Below, one piece after another: positions 52,661 through 64,000 of a DNA stretch of 64,000 nt. The stretch's first letter is position 1. Each line of letters starts with the position of its first letter. Source of the DNA: Microthyrium microscopicum (lineage: Eukaryota); the NCBI GenBank assembly GCA_010405405.1, contig MU004233.1, positions 1,253,122-1,317,121 of the forward strand. The letters run 5' to 3'. The notes beneath the pieces were generated by a model. The model was not told where the DNA came from. It ran no database searches and was given only the letters and a program-made list of their open reading frames with translations. The position numbers and the translations under genes were made by a program.

Positions 52661-55600
52661 TGTAAGAATCTAATAGGCACGTAATTAAGCAAAGAGTAGA
52701 TAATATTTAATAATTTAGTATATAAAGAGAAAGAGAGAGGTAGAGTAGAATCTATACTAAGAGAAGNNNNNNNNNNNNNNNNNNNNNNNNNNNNNNNNNN
52801 NNNNNNNNNNNNNNNNNNNNNNNNNNNNNNNNNNNNNNNNNNNNNNNNNNNNNNNNNNNNNNNNNNNNNNNNNNNNNNNNNNNNNNNNNNNNNNNNNNNN
52901 NNNNNNNNNNNNNNNNNNNNNNNNNNNNNNNNNNNNNNNNNNNNNNNNNNNNNNNNNNNNNNNNNNNNNNNGCATAATATAAATAAATAAATAAATACTT
53001 TTTTATTACTCTAACTAGTTATTTAGTAATCTATTACTATTATAGTTAGTAGAGTTAGATATATTAAGTCTAATAATAAGTAGTAACTACTTAGGGTTAG
53101 GGCTAAGCTTTATAGAATTATATTTATAGAAGTTATAGATTAGGTTTACTATATTCTTAAGGTCTTCCTATAGTTGCTATAAAGGTATATTATAATCTAT
53201 CTATTTTATAAGGTATTCTAACTTTTTATAAGTATTCTTTTTATAGTAGCTATTAAGGATTTTATTAACTTACTACTTTTCTTCTTTTAGCGCCTTACCT
53301 ACTACTATTAGTAGAGGATTATATTAATATAGAAGCTCTATATTATTTATAATAATATATAGTAACTAAACGTAAAATATAGAGTATATCTTTATATACT
53401 TTAGTAATTTAAGTTTAAATATAATAGCGTTAAGTTTCTTTAAAATATAGAAAAGCTTTACGCTTTTATTATTAAGAGTCTTAGATATATATATTATATA
53501 GTAATTTTAAATATTTAGATATACTAAGTCTTTAGGCTAAAGATCTAGCGTTATACATTAGTACTTATTAGTCTATTTAGCTTATTATACTTATACTTAT
53601 ATTAGTTATTTTATAAAATAATTATATATATCTTTATAGCCTTCCTATATCTTATTAGTATCTTTCTATTCTTATTAAGCTAAAGAGAAGGAGTATTAGT
53701 ATAGTACTAGTACTTAATAAGATAACTTAAGTTTAGATTTAGAAAGGAAATTATATTAGATCTTAAATAGAGTAAAGCTTATTATTATACTAATAGTAGA
53801 GTTAATAGCAAATTCTATAAATAGTAGTAACTAAACTTAATTATCCTAATTCTAATTAATAAAAACGTAAAGATATTACTTAAGTGCTAATATTAAGATT
53901 TCTATAATTCTATTAGTCTATAAATACTATATAATACTTAGCTATAGTACTATACTTACTTAATTATATAATTATTTCTAGAATACTAAAGTAAATTATA
54001 ATCCTCTATTTAATAGGATTATATTTAGCTATCTAGTTAGTTTCTAGACTTAATTAATAAATGTAAGAACTATTATCTTTATAAAGAGATTAAGTAAAAG
54101 AATAAAGTACTATTAGTAAGTATATTAGTCTATAATAACTATAATATAATAAAAAGTAATACCTAAATAGGTATACTAAGGTAGAGAGATAGTAAAGTTA
54201 ATTAAGATATTTAACTATACTTGCTCTAGTAAGAGGAATAATTAAAAAAGTCCTTACTTCTTTTAATAAATAGGTTTAGTAAAGATATATTTATATCTAG
54301 AGATATACTTCTTTATATCTTATAATATATATAGCTACTAGTAATCTTACTAGAGCTAGTAATAAATAGTTACTAAGCCTTTATAATTTATAACTTTATA
54401 ATAGTAGGTATATATTATAGTATAATAATAAAGCTTACTTTTAGGTATTAAAATACGTTAGTAATAAAGGACTAGGCTTTTTACTAAGATTATATAGTTA
54501 CTAAGCTTAATATCTTATTATTCTAAGATGCTAAAAGAGAGGTATAATAATTCTTCTTACTTAGTATAATAAATAGTATTTAGTAATATATTATCTTTAC
54601 CTACTTCTATTATTTTTATTAGAAACTAATTAACGTTAAAGTCTAGAGATTTATTAAACTCTAAGAAGTTACCTTTAAGTACGTTCTTAGGCTAGTCCTT
54701 ATTACTAAGGTTTACTATTATAAGGTTCTTTAATAACTTTCCTACTTTAGTAGAGAAATCTAACTTATTTATAATAATAGTAGTAATCTATATAAGAGAT
54801 AACATAATAGATTTAACTAGTAGATATACTATTTTAATTATATATATAGTATTAAACTAGTAAAAGAAAAGTAAAAAGTATACCTAGTACTAGATATATA
54901 AATTATTATTATTTTAAGATAAGTCTTAAAAGTACTAAGTTAGCGCGTCTACTTTCTTATTAGCTAGTCTAAGATAATATATAATCTTAAAGTAGAACTA
55001 TAATAAAAACTCTACCTAGTATATTTAATAATATAAAAGCTTCTTAGTAGTTATAAACGTTTATAGATTTTAATAATCTAAGAATACTTTAATAAGATTA
55101 TTAATAAAGAATAGTTCTAGTTCTTATTCTTTAAAAGTGCGTATAATTATAAGAAGTTCTTTATTATAAATATTATAATTATATTCTACTAGTAATATCT
55201 TTTTTAAAAGAAACGCTATAAAATATAAATCTCTATTATTATCTTTTTAAGATAATACTCTAGCGTATACCTAATTAGATATATTAGTTTTAAGCTAAGT
55301 CTCCTTAGTATAATTAAAATACTTTAAGATAGATACTATAGTAAATACCTTCTTTAGTTTATTAAATACCTAATCTTTTAGTCTTCTAATATTTTATAGG
55401 AATATAGTAACTACGTTTTTCTTTATTAAGGCTATAAAGAGTATAATAATCTCTAAGTATTCTTATATAAAATAGTAATAAAAGTTAGCAAAACTAAGGA
55501 AAGCTTAAATATCTTTAATATATAATAGTTATTCTTATTCTAATACTAATTCTACTTTTATAAAGTCTATTTTAATATTTTCTATAATAATAATTAACCC

Positions 55601-58600
55601 TAGATATTTTACTTCTATAGTAGTAAATTCTAATTTATAAATATTAAGATATAAGCTAGCTTTTTCTAACTTATTAAATACTAAGTATATATAAGTTATA
55701 TATTTTTTATATATCTTACTAAAAATAAGAATATTATTTATATAGACTATAATAAAGTTGTTAAGATACTTTATTAAGATATAGTTAATATATACTTAAA
55801 AGGTATTAAGAATACTAGTTAATTTAAAAAGTATAATAATAAACTTATAGAAACTATATTATATAGAGAAGGCTATTTTATATTTATCTCTAGGTTTAAT
55901 TTATATTTATTTATAAGCTATAATAATATTAAATTTATTATAGTACTATACTTAATATAGCTTTATTAAAGTATTAGGAAGTAGTAATAGTATATTCTTA
56001 TTTTTATAAGAGATTTTATTAAAACTTTAATAATTAATATAGACTTAAATACCTCTACCTAGTTTATATATATATAATATTAGTATTATAAAGTATAATT
56101 TAGAAGAGTATATAAAGCTTTTCTCTAATAAACTTTCTAGATACTATTTAATAATAATATTCTATTTTAAATTTATACTAGTATTATATTATTTTAGTAT
56201 AGTAGCGTCTAGTATAAAATTAATAAAATAATTAAAATCTAAGTAAAAAGGTAGTAATTTATCTACTTTTTATAAATTAAAGACTTTAAGATAGTAGTAG
56301 AATTCCTTTAAAATTATTTTATAAAGTTCTTTATAAGTAAAATAAGGACGCTTATACTTTTCCTACTACTTCTTAAAATTATATTCTAAGATAGTAAATA
56401 GATTAATTACTACGTTATCTATAAAGAAGATTAGGTCTAATATTCCTAAAAGGTTAAATAGCTTCTCCTCCTCTATTAAAAAGTTCTTTAGTAGAGAGCT
56501 ATTTAGTAGCTTCTTATTTTTAGACTTAGCAAAATCCTTAAGATAGAGAACTTCTACTATCTAACCTTTATACTTTATAAGTATTACTATAATATATATA
56601 AATATTACTACTACTTCTTTATTTTCTAAAGGTTTTATAATAAAGTTATATTATCTCTAAGTATTAACTTTAATAGGATAATATATTAGAATATAATTAT
56701 AAAGATAATAATAAGAATTAAATATAATAGTCTTCTTACCTCTTCTTAAGTATATCTTATAAAGCTAGATCTAAGGATTACTAAGAATAAGATTATAAGT
56801 AGCTACTTTTATTATAAAATAATATATCTATTTAATATAACTTTTAATACGTATAGTAACTAATATAGCTTTATTAATTTTAATAATAGTTTTCTTATTT
56901 ATAAGCTTTACTAAATATAGTTAGTTAAATTATATTTTTAGTATATTATACTATTTAATAAAGTAGATATAAATAATTCTAAATACGCTACTACTAGTAT
57001 TAATTAGTATATTATATTTCTTAAAAATGTTAGCTTTTAGAATTAGTATACTCTTAACTATTATCTATTATAGCTCTATAAAAAGTATATAGTTAACGTT
57101 ATTTAGTAGTAACTATCCTAAATTAATTACTACTAAGAATAGTTAAATAACATAATATACTACTAATAGTAGGTTTAGATTTACCTACTAGGTTTCTAGC
57201 TTCTAAATTCTATCTTAAATTTAGCCTAATTCTTACTTCTTCTACTAATTATATATTTCTTATAGGTTTAGCTTCTTCTTACGTTAATAAGGTAGAGTAT
57301 TTAGTTTAAATACTTATATAAATATATACTAAGTATCTCTACTTAGGAAGCGTTTATTATAGTAATAAGTATTACTAAAACCTTTAGTTAAATTTTATTA
57401 TTTATTAAATAAGTCTTCTATCTATAAAGAGTATCCTTTTATTTTAAGGTATAATTTTTCTTACTATATTTAGAGCACCTATTTTATACTTATAAGACTA
57501 AAAAGATATTATTTAGATAGTATAGATATTTACTACTATTTTAGCTATTATTATTATAAGTATCTCTATTCTAGTTCCTTAAATTATTAGTTAAGTTATT
57601 ATTATTAGTATTACTACTATTAGAGTTATTAGTATTAGAATTATTATTATTATTCTACTTTAAGAAGTTTAGATCTTATTCTATATTATATAGATATATA
57701 TAAAGTTCTAAGTAAGTTTTAATATTATATCCTATTAAGAAATAAATAAATTATTCTAAGAAAAGTAAATATAGTTTTATAACTTTATTATAATTCTCTA
57801 AGTCTATGTTTTTAGTCTTCTTTAAGAAGTAACTTAAGAATTCTATTAGATTCTCTATAGTCTTTATTTTAGCGTCTACTAAGTAAAGCTACTACTTTAT
57901 AATATTATATCTATTTATTATTTTATTATAAGTATCTAGGTCCTTCTATATATTATTAATAATAAGGTAAAAGCTTATAAAGTTATAGCCTAAGTAATAT
58001 AATATTAAAGACTATACTAGATTATCTAAATTATTATAAATAAACTAAATCTTCTCCTTATTAGTTAGGTAAAACTAAGTATCTTCTTCTAAAATATCTA
58101 ATACCTAATCCTTCTATTAATAATATTTACTCTTATTTTTATTATTATACTATTTAACTATATAATAAGGTTAACTAATATATAAAGTAGTATTATTTAA
58201 GAGATTAGACCTTACTTTTAAAAAAGGTAATATAAAATACGTTTATACTAGATTAAGTTAAGTAGCTATAAGTTAATATAGTATATTACTAAGTAATTTA
58301 GCGTTTTTTTTATCTCTTAGGTATATAAAAGCTAGTATATTATAAAGTTTTATAAAGATTAAAAAATCTTATATCTATTACTTTATAGTATAAAAATATT
58401 AAGTAAAGGATTTATTTTTAGTATTAAGGTTTATAATAGTAGTATTCTAAAGTTATATCTATTTATAATATTCTTAAAGTTATTTTATATAATATACTAA
58501 CTCTATTTTTATAAAAGTAGCATAGTTTTTTACTACTTAAATATTATACTATAGTTAATAATAATTAGAAGTAAATTTATAGTAATTAATTATACTAATT

Positions 58601-61600
58601 TAAAGTCTTTTAACTTTTAAGAAGAATTTATCTATTTCTATCTTATAGTTAACTATAAAGCTTTTTAGATTATTTACCTTATTTATAAAATCTTAAATCT
58701 CTTCTAAAGACTTAGTATTTTAGATATTACTCTTTTATAATTTATTATAGTAAAATTAGTAATATACTATTATAGCTTAGTTTATAGCTAAGGTAGTATA
58801 AATCTAATTAAATAAGAGTTAAGAATCTTTTTATATAACTTCCTACTTTAGCTCTTAAGTATTATAAATTAAATAGTAATCTTTAAATACTCTAGTAATA
58901 GAATTAGGTTCTTAATAATAAAATAGTAGTAATAAGTTTAAAAGACTTTCTAATATAGCTACTTTTAAATCTTTATAGGCTTATATCTAGAGAAAGCCTT
59001 AAAAAACCTAGAAGAATATAATACGTACTATATTATTAACTACTAAGTAGTTATTTTAGAAAGCTAAAGAAACCTCCTTATAACTATTATTTTAGAGCTA
59101 TATTTTTTATAACTAAACTAATATAGTAGAATAGATTTCTTTAAATGCCTTTCCTTTTTTTACTTTTTATATATTCTTATAAAAAGCTAAAGATATTATT
59201 AGAGTAATTAATTCTATTAAGGGCGTAGTAAACGCTATAGTTTTAATTAGTTATAAAAGTTTGTTACTAAGCATATACTAAATAAGTAATAAGATTAGCT
59301 TCTAGTTTACTTAGCTACTATAAGTAGATAGATTAAAGAGTAAGAGATTATTATCTTTATTAGAATTAGTATATAATAACTAGTACTTACTCTTTTCTTA
59401 TTAAGAAGTCTAAATAGTAGCTTATATAGAGTCCTATATATCTACTACTACTTTCTTTATAAATAGGCCTTTAGGATTTTAATCTTAATAGTAGTTAATA
59501 ACTAATATATAGTAGCTCTAAAAAGGGCCTAGAACTATTTTGTCTTAGCGTTAAGAAGATATAGACTATAATTAAGAGTAAGTAGTTACGTTAAGGCCTA
59601 GAAACGCTAAGAAAGAAAACTCTTTAAAAGGGTCTATAATTTTATTAATAGGTAGTTATATAGAAGTAATAATAAATAATAATAATTAGATAATTTCTTA
59701 ATTACTAAGAATAAATAAGTTAATAGATTAAGGGTAATTAGAATATAGGTTAATAATATAGAGAGAAGTAAAAAGGTAAAAGTTCTATATAGCTAAGTAA
59801 AAGAGTTCTAAGAACTTAAACTACTATAAGATTTAAGTATTTATATTAAATACTTTATTAAAGATAATTAATTAGTATTTTAGAAAGTAATAAAGATATA
59901 CTACCTAACTATATTAAGGGGTTTATAAGTAAGAACGTATATAAGCTATCTCTTAAGTATAAGTCTTAAAATCTAGAAGCACTAATCTCTAAAGATAAAT
60001 ACGTAAATAATTTTAAAGTTAATTTTTAAGTTTAATAAGTACGCTAAATTATATAAGGATCTATATATAAATCTTGTTTATTATCTTTTAGCTACGCTAA
60101 TAGGCTATGTAGACGCTACTCTTACTTTTAGAAAAACCCCTATAAGGAAACCTATAATATTCCTTTAGTTACCTTCTAGTAGCCTTATTCTATTATTGTT
60201 ATAATACTCTCTTAGTCTACTACTTCTAAATAAAAGGACTTATATTATCTCTTTATAAACTATAAGCTTACTAAAAGAATTCTAGTTAGTAGGTTAATAT
60301 AGTAAGTAACTAGTAGTTACTAATCGCTAAGGGCCCTATATAGCTTAAGTATACTATACGTTATATAGATCTTACGCTATACGCTAGGATCTTAATCCTT
60401 AATACTATCCTTATTACTAGTTTCCTTTTTAGAACTTATTTATTATCTAATTGCTTAAGGCTATAATATCCCCTAGGATAAGTTAAATTTAGCTTCTTAG
60501 TGCCTATTTCTATTTAGTATTACCTTATTATTAAGTTTTACTATTATAGTTTAATAAGTTTTTATTAATCTTCCCCTTCCTAGGAGCCTATAGCTATTAT
60601 CCTTATATAGTTAACTTTCTATACTATTTTATAATAGGCGTATATAATACGTATTTCTAAGTTTTTATAATTAATTTCTACCCTTAATAGGCTTTAGTAT
60701 TACTATAGTTCTTAGCTATATTAAGCCTTCTCTTTTAATGTCTATTAAGTAGGGTATTTATAATACCCCTTAGCTAAGTTTTCTTTATTAATCTATGCTC
60801 TTTAATATTATATAATAGGCTACTAAATAGCTACTTTTAAGTTTCTAGTAGTCTATATAGTCTACCTCTAAGGTATAAAGTATTTTAAATCTATATAGTT
60901 TTAGTTACTTCTTTCTCTCTAAGTTTTTATTATGCCTCCTACTCTCTCTAATTCTTTTTCTAAGGGTAAGTCCTTTATAGGCTCTCTTCTTTTCTCTCTC
61001 TTACGCCTTTAGGCACCTAGTAAACGTCTTACGCTTATAAGTATCCCTCTTTTATTATCTCTAAAGAAAGTAAAAACTACTTTGTCTATAAACGTTAAAA
61101 ATATTACTTCGTCCTTAGATATAAAATTAGCTAGTTCTATCCTAGCTCTTATTATAAATCTTTTAGTATCTTTTTATATATAGTATTAACTATTATAATA
61201 TAAACTATATATATCTTTAGCGTAAGAATCTATTTATATTATTTCTAAGCGTTACGCTATTATGTAGAGTTACTTAATAATAAGTACCTAATTAGTCTTA
61301 GTATGCTTATTATAGTAATTACCTATATCTATAGTTAGGCTAGCCCTAGCTAGTATCCTTACTCTTATTATAAAGAGTAATATTCTAAGTATAAGGCTAT
61401 AAGTATATCCTTATTCTTAATCTTTTACTTTTTCTAATATTATAGTAAGGTACTAGTAGAGTTAAAGAAGTAGAGTAAGCGCTTCTAATGCGCCTTTAAT
61501 AAGGTAATAGCTAACCTAGTTAACCCTTATTAAGGTATTAAGGAGTATATATTATTAGGTATAGATAAGGAAGCTACTAAGTAGGTAAAGGTTATAGAAG

Positions 61601-62289
61601 GTTTAGTAAGTAAGTTTACTAGCTATAGAGTCTAGTTTGCTTTTACTATAGCCTTACTAGCATAGTAGAAGAAGAAGAAGCTAAAGGTTAATATAGCTAT
61701 GCTAGCTACTAATTTAGCTTACTTATAAGCTATCTTGCTAGAGCTTTATACTTAAAGCATAAAGATAGATTTATTAGTAGAGATATCCTAGTTATTAGGT
61801 AGAGTAGTAGCGTTATTTAATAAAGAGTAGTAGATAGATATAGAATAAAATTAATTACGTTCCTAGACTTAGCTATTTCCTTTATAATTATATATTGCTA
61901 GCCTATTAGTACTATAGTGTTATAGTTAGTTATTTATAAGATCCTTAAGTCTTAGCAGTTCTCTGCGCGCCTTAAGGTCTGTTTCTATAATCTTTTTAGT
62001 TAGCCTAAATTACTAAAGAGCTCCGCTCTTCAGTAGCCATCTAGCTGCTTCCTAGGCAAATATAAGGATCTAATAGGTACGTAATTAAGTAAAGGATAGA
62101 TAATATTTAATAATTTAGTATATAAAGAGAGAAAGAGAAGTAGAGTAGAATCTATACTAAGGAAAGAAGAGGGTAATACTTAAAAGATCTTTAGGGACGC
62201 TAGTCCTAATTAGGACTAGCACCGCTAGATCTTTATTTAAGATCTAGCTTAACACTAAAGCTATTATACTTTAGTAAGGAATCCTTACA
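52661..62289 (-). mobile_element. Ty3/Gypsy LTR retrotransposon E inserted in the transposase region of A (RIP-inactivated, ~9.6 kb)
   Basis: LTRs at 52661-(gap) and 62061-62289 (229 bp, TGTAAGGAT...ATCCTTACA-type ends). TSD ACTTT (52656-52660, 62290-62294). On the minus strand: protease LINTS [LIDT] ~57000, RT VYINNIL [VYIDDIL] ~55730-55748, then RNaseH/integrase remnants toward 53.5 kb. Confidence 0.9.
52767..52971. other. Assembly gap (205 N)
   Basis: Run of Ns beginning inside the 3' LTR of element E. Confidence 1.
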
Positions 62290-62610
62290 ACTTTATATAT
62301 CTAATCTAACTTATCTTTAAGATACTAATTAAACTATATATATTTAATAGGTAGTCTATATTCCTTATTTTGTTATTCTTTATTAAGAAGCTCGTATATT
62401 AATATTATTAATATATCTATAGTAGCTATCTTAATATTATTATCTTTAATAGCGTCTATTTTAGCTAAGATCTAATTAAAATATAGTAACGTTATAGTAG
62501 GAAAACGTGTATAGAGGAAATTTGTATATAACGCATTATTTCTGCTTGATACTTATAGATCTGAGCGCTAATAGCCCCTAGCCTAGATTTGGCTAGAAAA
62601 CACGTAAACG

Positions 62611-62642
62611 AATGTTGCAGGATTTCGTTTGCTAACCCTCCC
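62611..62642 (-). repeat. Right terminal inverted repeat of element A
   Basis: AATGTTGCAGGATTTCGTTTGCTAACCCTCCC is the exact reverse complement of 27145-27176. Confidence 0.95.
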
Positions 62643-63359
62643 CAATGACGTTGGCAAGCTCGGCTAGATCCTTGACGATATGATAAGATTTGTCGCGATA
62701 TCACATCTAACCCTTTTTAAGTCATTCAATCTATTTCTTGATCTTCTACAAAATCATCTCTTGGTATTGAAAAGCCTCAAGAGAAAAGGTCAATCGAAGA
62801 AAATCAAACAGTGGTAATGGGCACCAAGTCGTCGTGAGATCAGTTGGCCAACAGCCTCAGAACATTCGTCTCCGAGAAAAGCGAGCTCGCGTTTTCCTCG
62901 CGCGATTGTCCCCATTTGCGACCCTTGTCACTCACGATCAACCATGTGTATTACGAGATCAACTGCCTATAAGGGTTATTTTGTTACAGACACGGGTTGT
63001 ATTTGCTCCAGTAATCGCAACAAGCCTACGCAAGCCTACGCTGTTATACCCAATTTCAGGCCACAAAATACCGACGTTGGGTTATGATGAAAAATTCGGA
63101 GCGACGCCTGGGACCACAAATGGATATAGAACGGAAAATCTGGGTTGTACGATGATTGCTCAGGTAGTGCTAATCTGCGCTCTACAGAAAGCCGCATCCT
63201 ACAAGTTTAATGAATGAGTACGACTTGCTTGCCAGCTTGGGTTTAGGCAGTAAAATGCTTCATCATCACACCAGGGTCATGCTTTTCTGCCATGGCAATC
63301 AAGGCAGACTTCAATCCTGAACCTGGGAAACCGTAAAGACTCTCAATTTTGAGACTTTT

Positions 63360-64000
63360 TCAACCCTCGACTAGGCCAGCAGCAGGTTCTTTCTTCAGCG
63401 ATGATTTCCATCCGCGCAGGTTCAGTGACACTGGAGTACCCAGCCAAGCAGCCCGCTGTGTGTGGTCGCGATAGTCATCTCCAGTATTTGGATGAAGTAG
63501 TGCAGAAAGCGGACCACGGTGAATCATCAACCAGGGAATGAATGCTCCAAATTGTGCTGAAAACATGTTAGAGAGTCAGAAAATGAGCGTTATGCAGGCT
63601 GCCAGGCATACATACCTGGAGTGAAGATGTTCACTTCGAACATTGCAGCTGTTAAGTTAGATCAGTAAGAAGGCAAATAAGACCAGATGAGGAGGAACCA
63701 ACTGGGATGTGGACCGACTGGTTTGTCCCATACTCGGTATATGCGCAATTCCGGAACTAACAGAGTTATTGGTCAACAGAAGTGTTCCTGGGCCTCATGA
63801 ATTTCTTTCTCACATTCGCGTCGAATTCTCTCCCACAGCTCTTGTGCGTACTTAATCTGCCACTCATCGTTCTGCTGGAAGTAGACATGGACGTCAAAGC
63901 CACCTCTTCTATCATTGCTCAATGGAGCTGTGAAGGAATTGTAAGATGGGCTCAAGCTTTCAGACGGCGGATTGACGTAAGATTTGCCATCTTCAGCTTT
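63360..64000 (-). CDS. DOPA 4,5-dioxygenase family protein (5' end beyond window)
   Basis: Exons >64000-63814, 63756-63703, 63648-63616 and 63556-63360 give GGFDVHVYF..Y.QELWERIRREFPELRIYRVWDKPVGPHPTAMFEVNIFTPAQFGAFIPWL..RGPLSALLHPNTGDDYRDHTQRA.WLG, the DOPA_dioxygen family pattern. Confidence 0.9.

Larger units (their letters stand above)
27144..62643. mobile_element. PIF/Harbinger (PHIS)-type DNA transposon (element A), ~3.3 kb of its own sequence, expanded to 35.5 kb by nested LTR retrotransposons
   Basis: Perfect 32-bp inverted repeats at 27145-27176 and 62611-62642. AAT flanks both sides (27141-27143, 62644-62646). Its own segments are 27144-27937, 50498-52660 and 62295-62643, and they contain a DDE_Tnp_4-like transposase remnant. 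Confidence 0.85.

Noticed and set aside
52757..52975. ORF of X residues
   Set aside because: Artefact of the N gap.
27144..62643. Starship-like giant element, viral insert, organelle insert or alternative genetic code
   Set aside because: No tyrosine-recombinase captain or cargo genes seen. The length is explained by four LTR elements within a TIR element, and the stops and AT-richness follow the CpA>TpA RIP pattern.
62834..63217. 127-aa plus-strand ORF and a 10-bp direct repeat (CAAGCCTACG x2)
   Set aside because: GTG start, no recognisable features. Probably intergenic or 3' region of the dioxygenase gene, and the repeat is a trivial duplication.

Overview
Eukaryotic window, almost certainly from a filamentous ascomycete. 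Evidence: short spliceosomal introns with CTRAC/CTAAC branch points, and TpA-rich, stop-riddled repeats typical of repeat-induced point mutation (RIP). The gene-dense parts hold seven protein genes: a CorA-like membrane protein, AIP1/WDR1, a large non-RD protein kinase, COP9 signalosome subunit 3, a MIT-domain protein, an EI24/Lds-like membrane protein with a GC-AG intron, and a 5'-truncated DOPA 4,5-dioxygenase-family gene. About two-thirds of the window is RIP-destroyed mobile DNA in two blocks. The first is a ~6.5 kb non-LTR retrotransposon with L1/Tx1-type motifs (13.4-19.9 kb). The second is a 35,500-bp island (27144-62643) that can be dissected by eye: a ~3.3 kb PIF/Harbinger(PHIS)-type DNA transposon with perfect 32-bp TIRs and an AAT TSD, expanded by four full-length Ty3/Gypsy elements. 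Two of these sit directly in the transposon and two are nested in one of them; each has a matched LTR pair and a 5-bp TSD. The island lies ~125 bp upstream of the EI24-like start codon. All calls come from manual reading, with no database searches.
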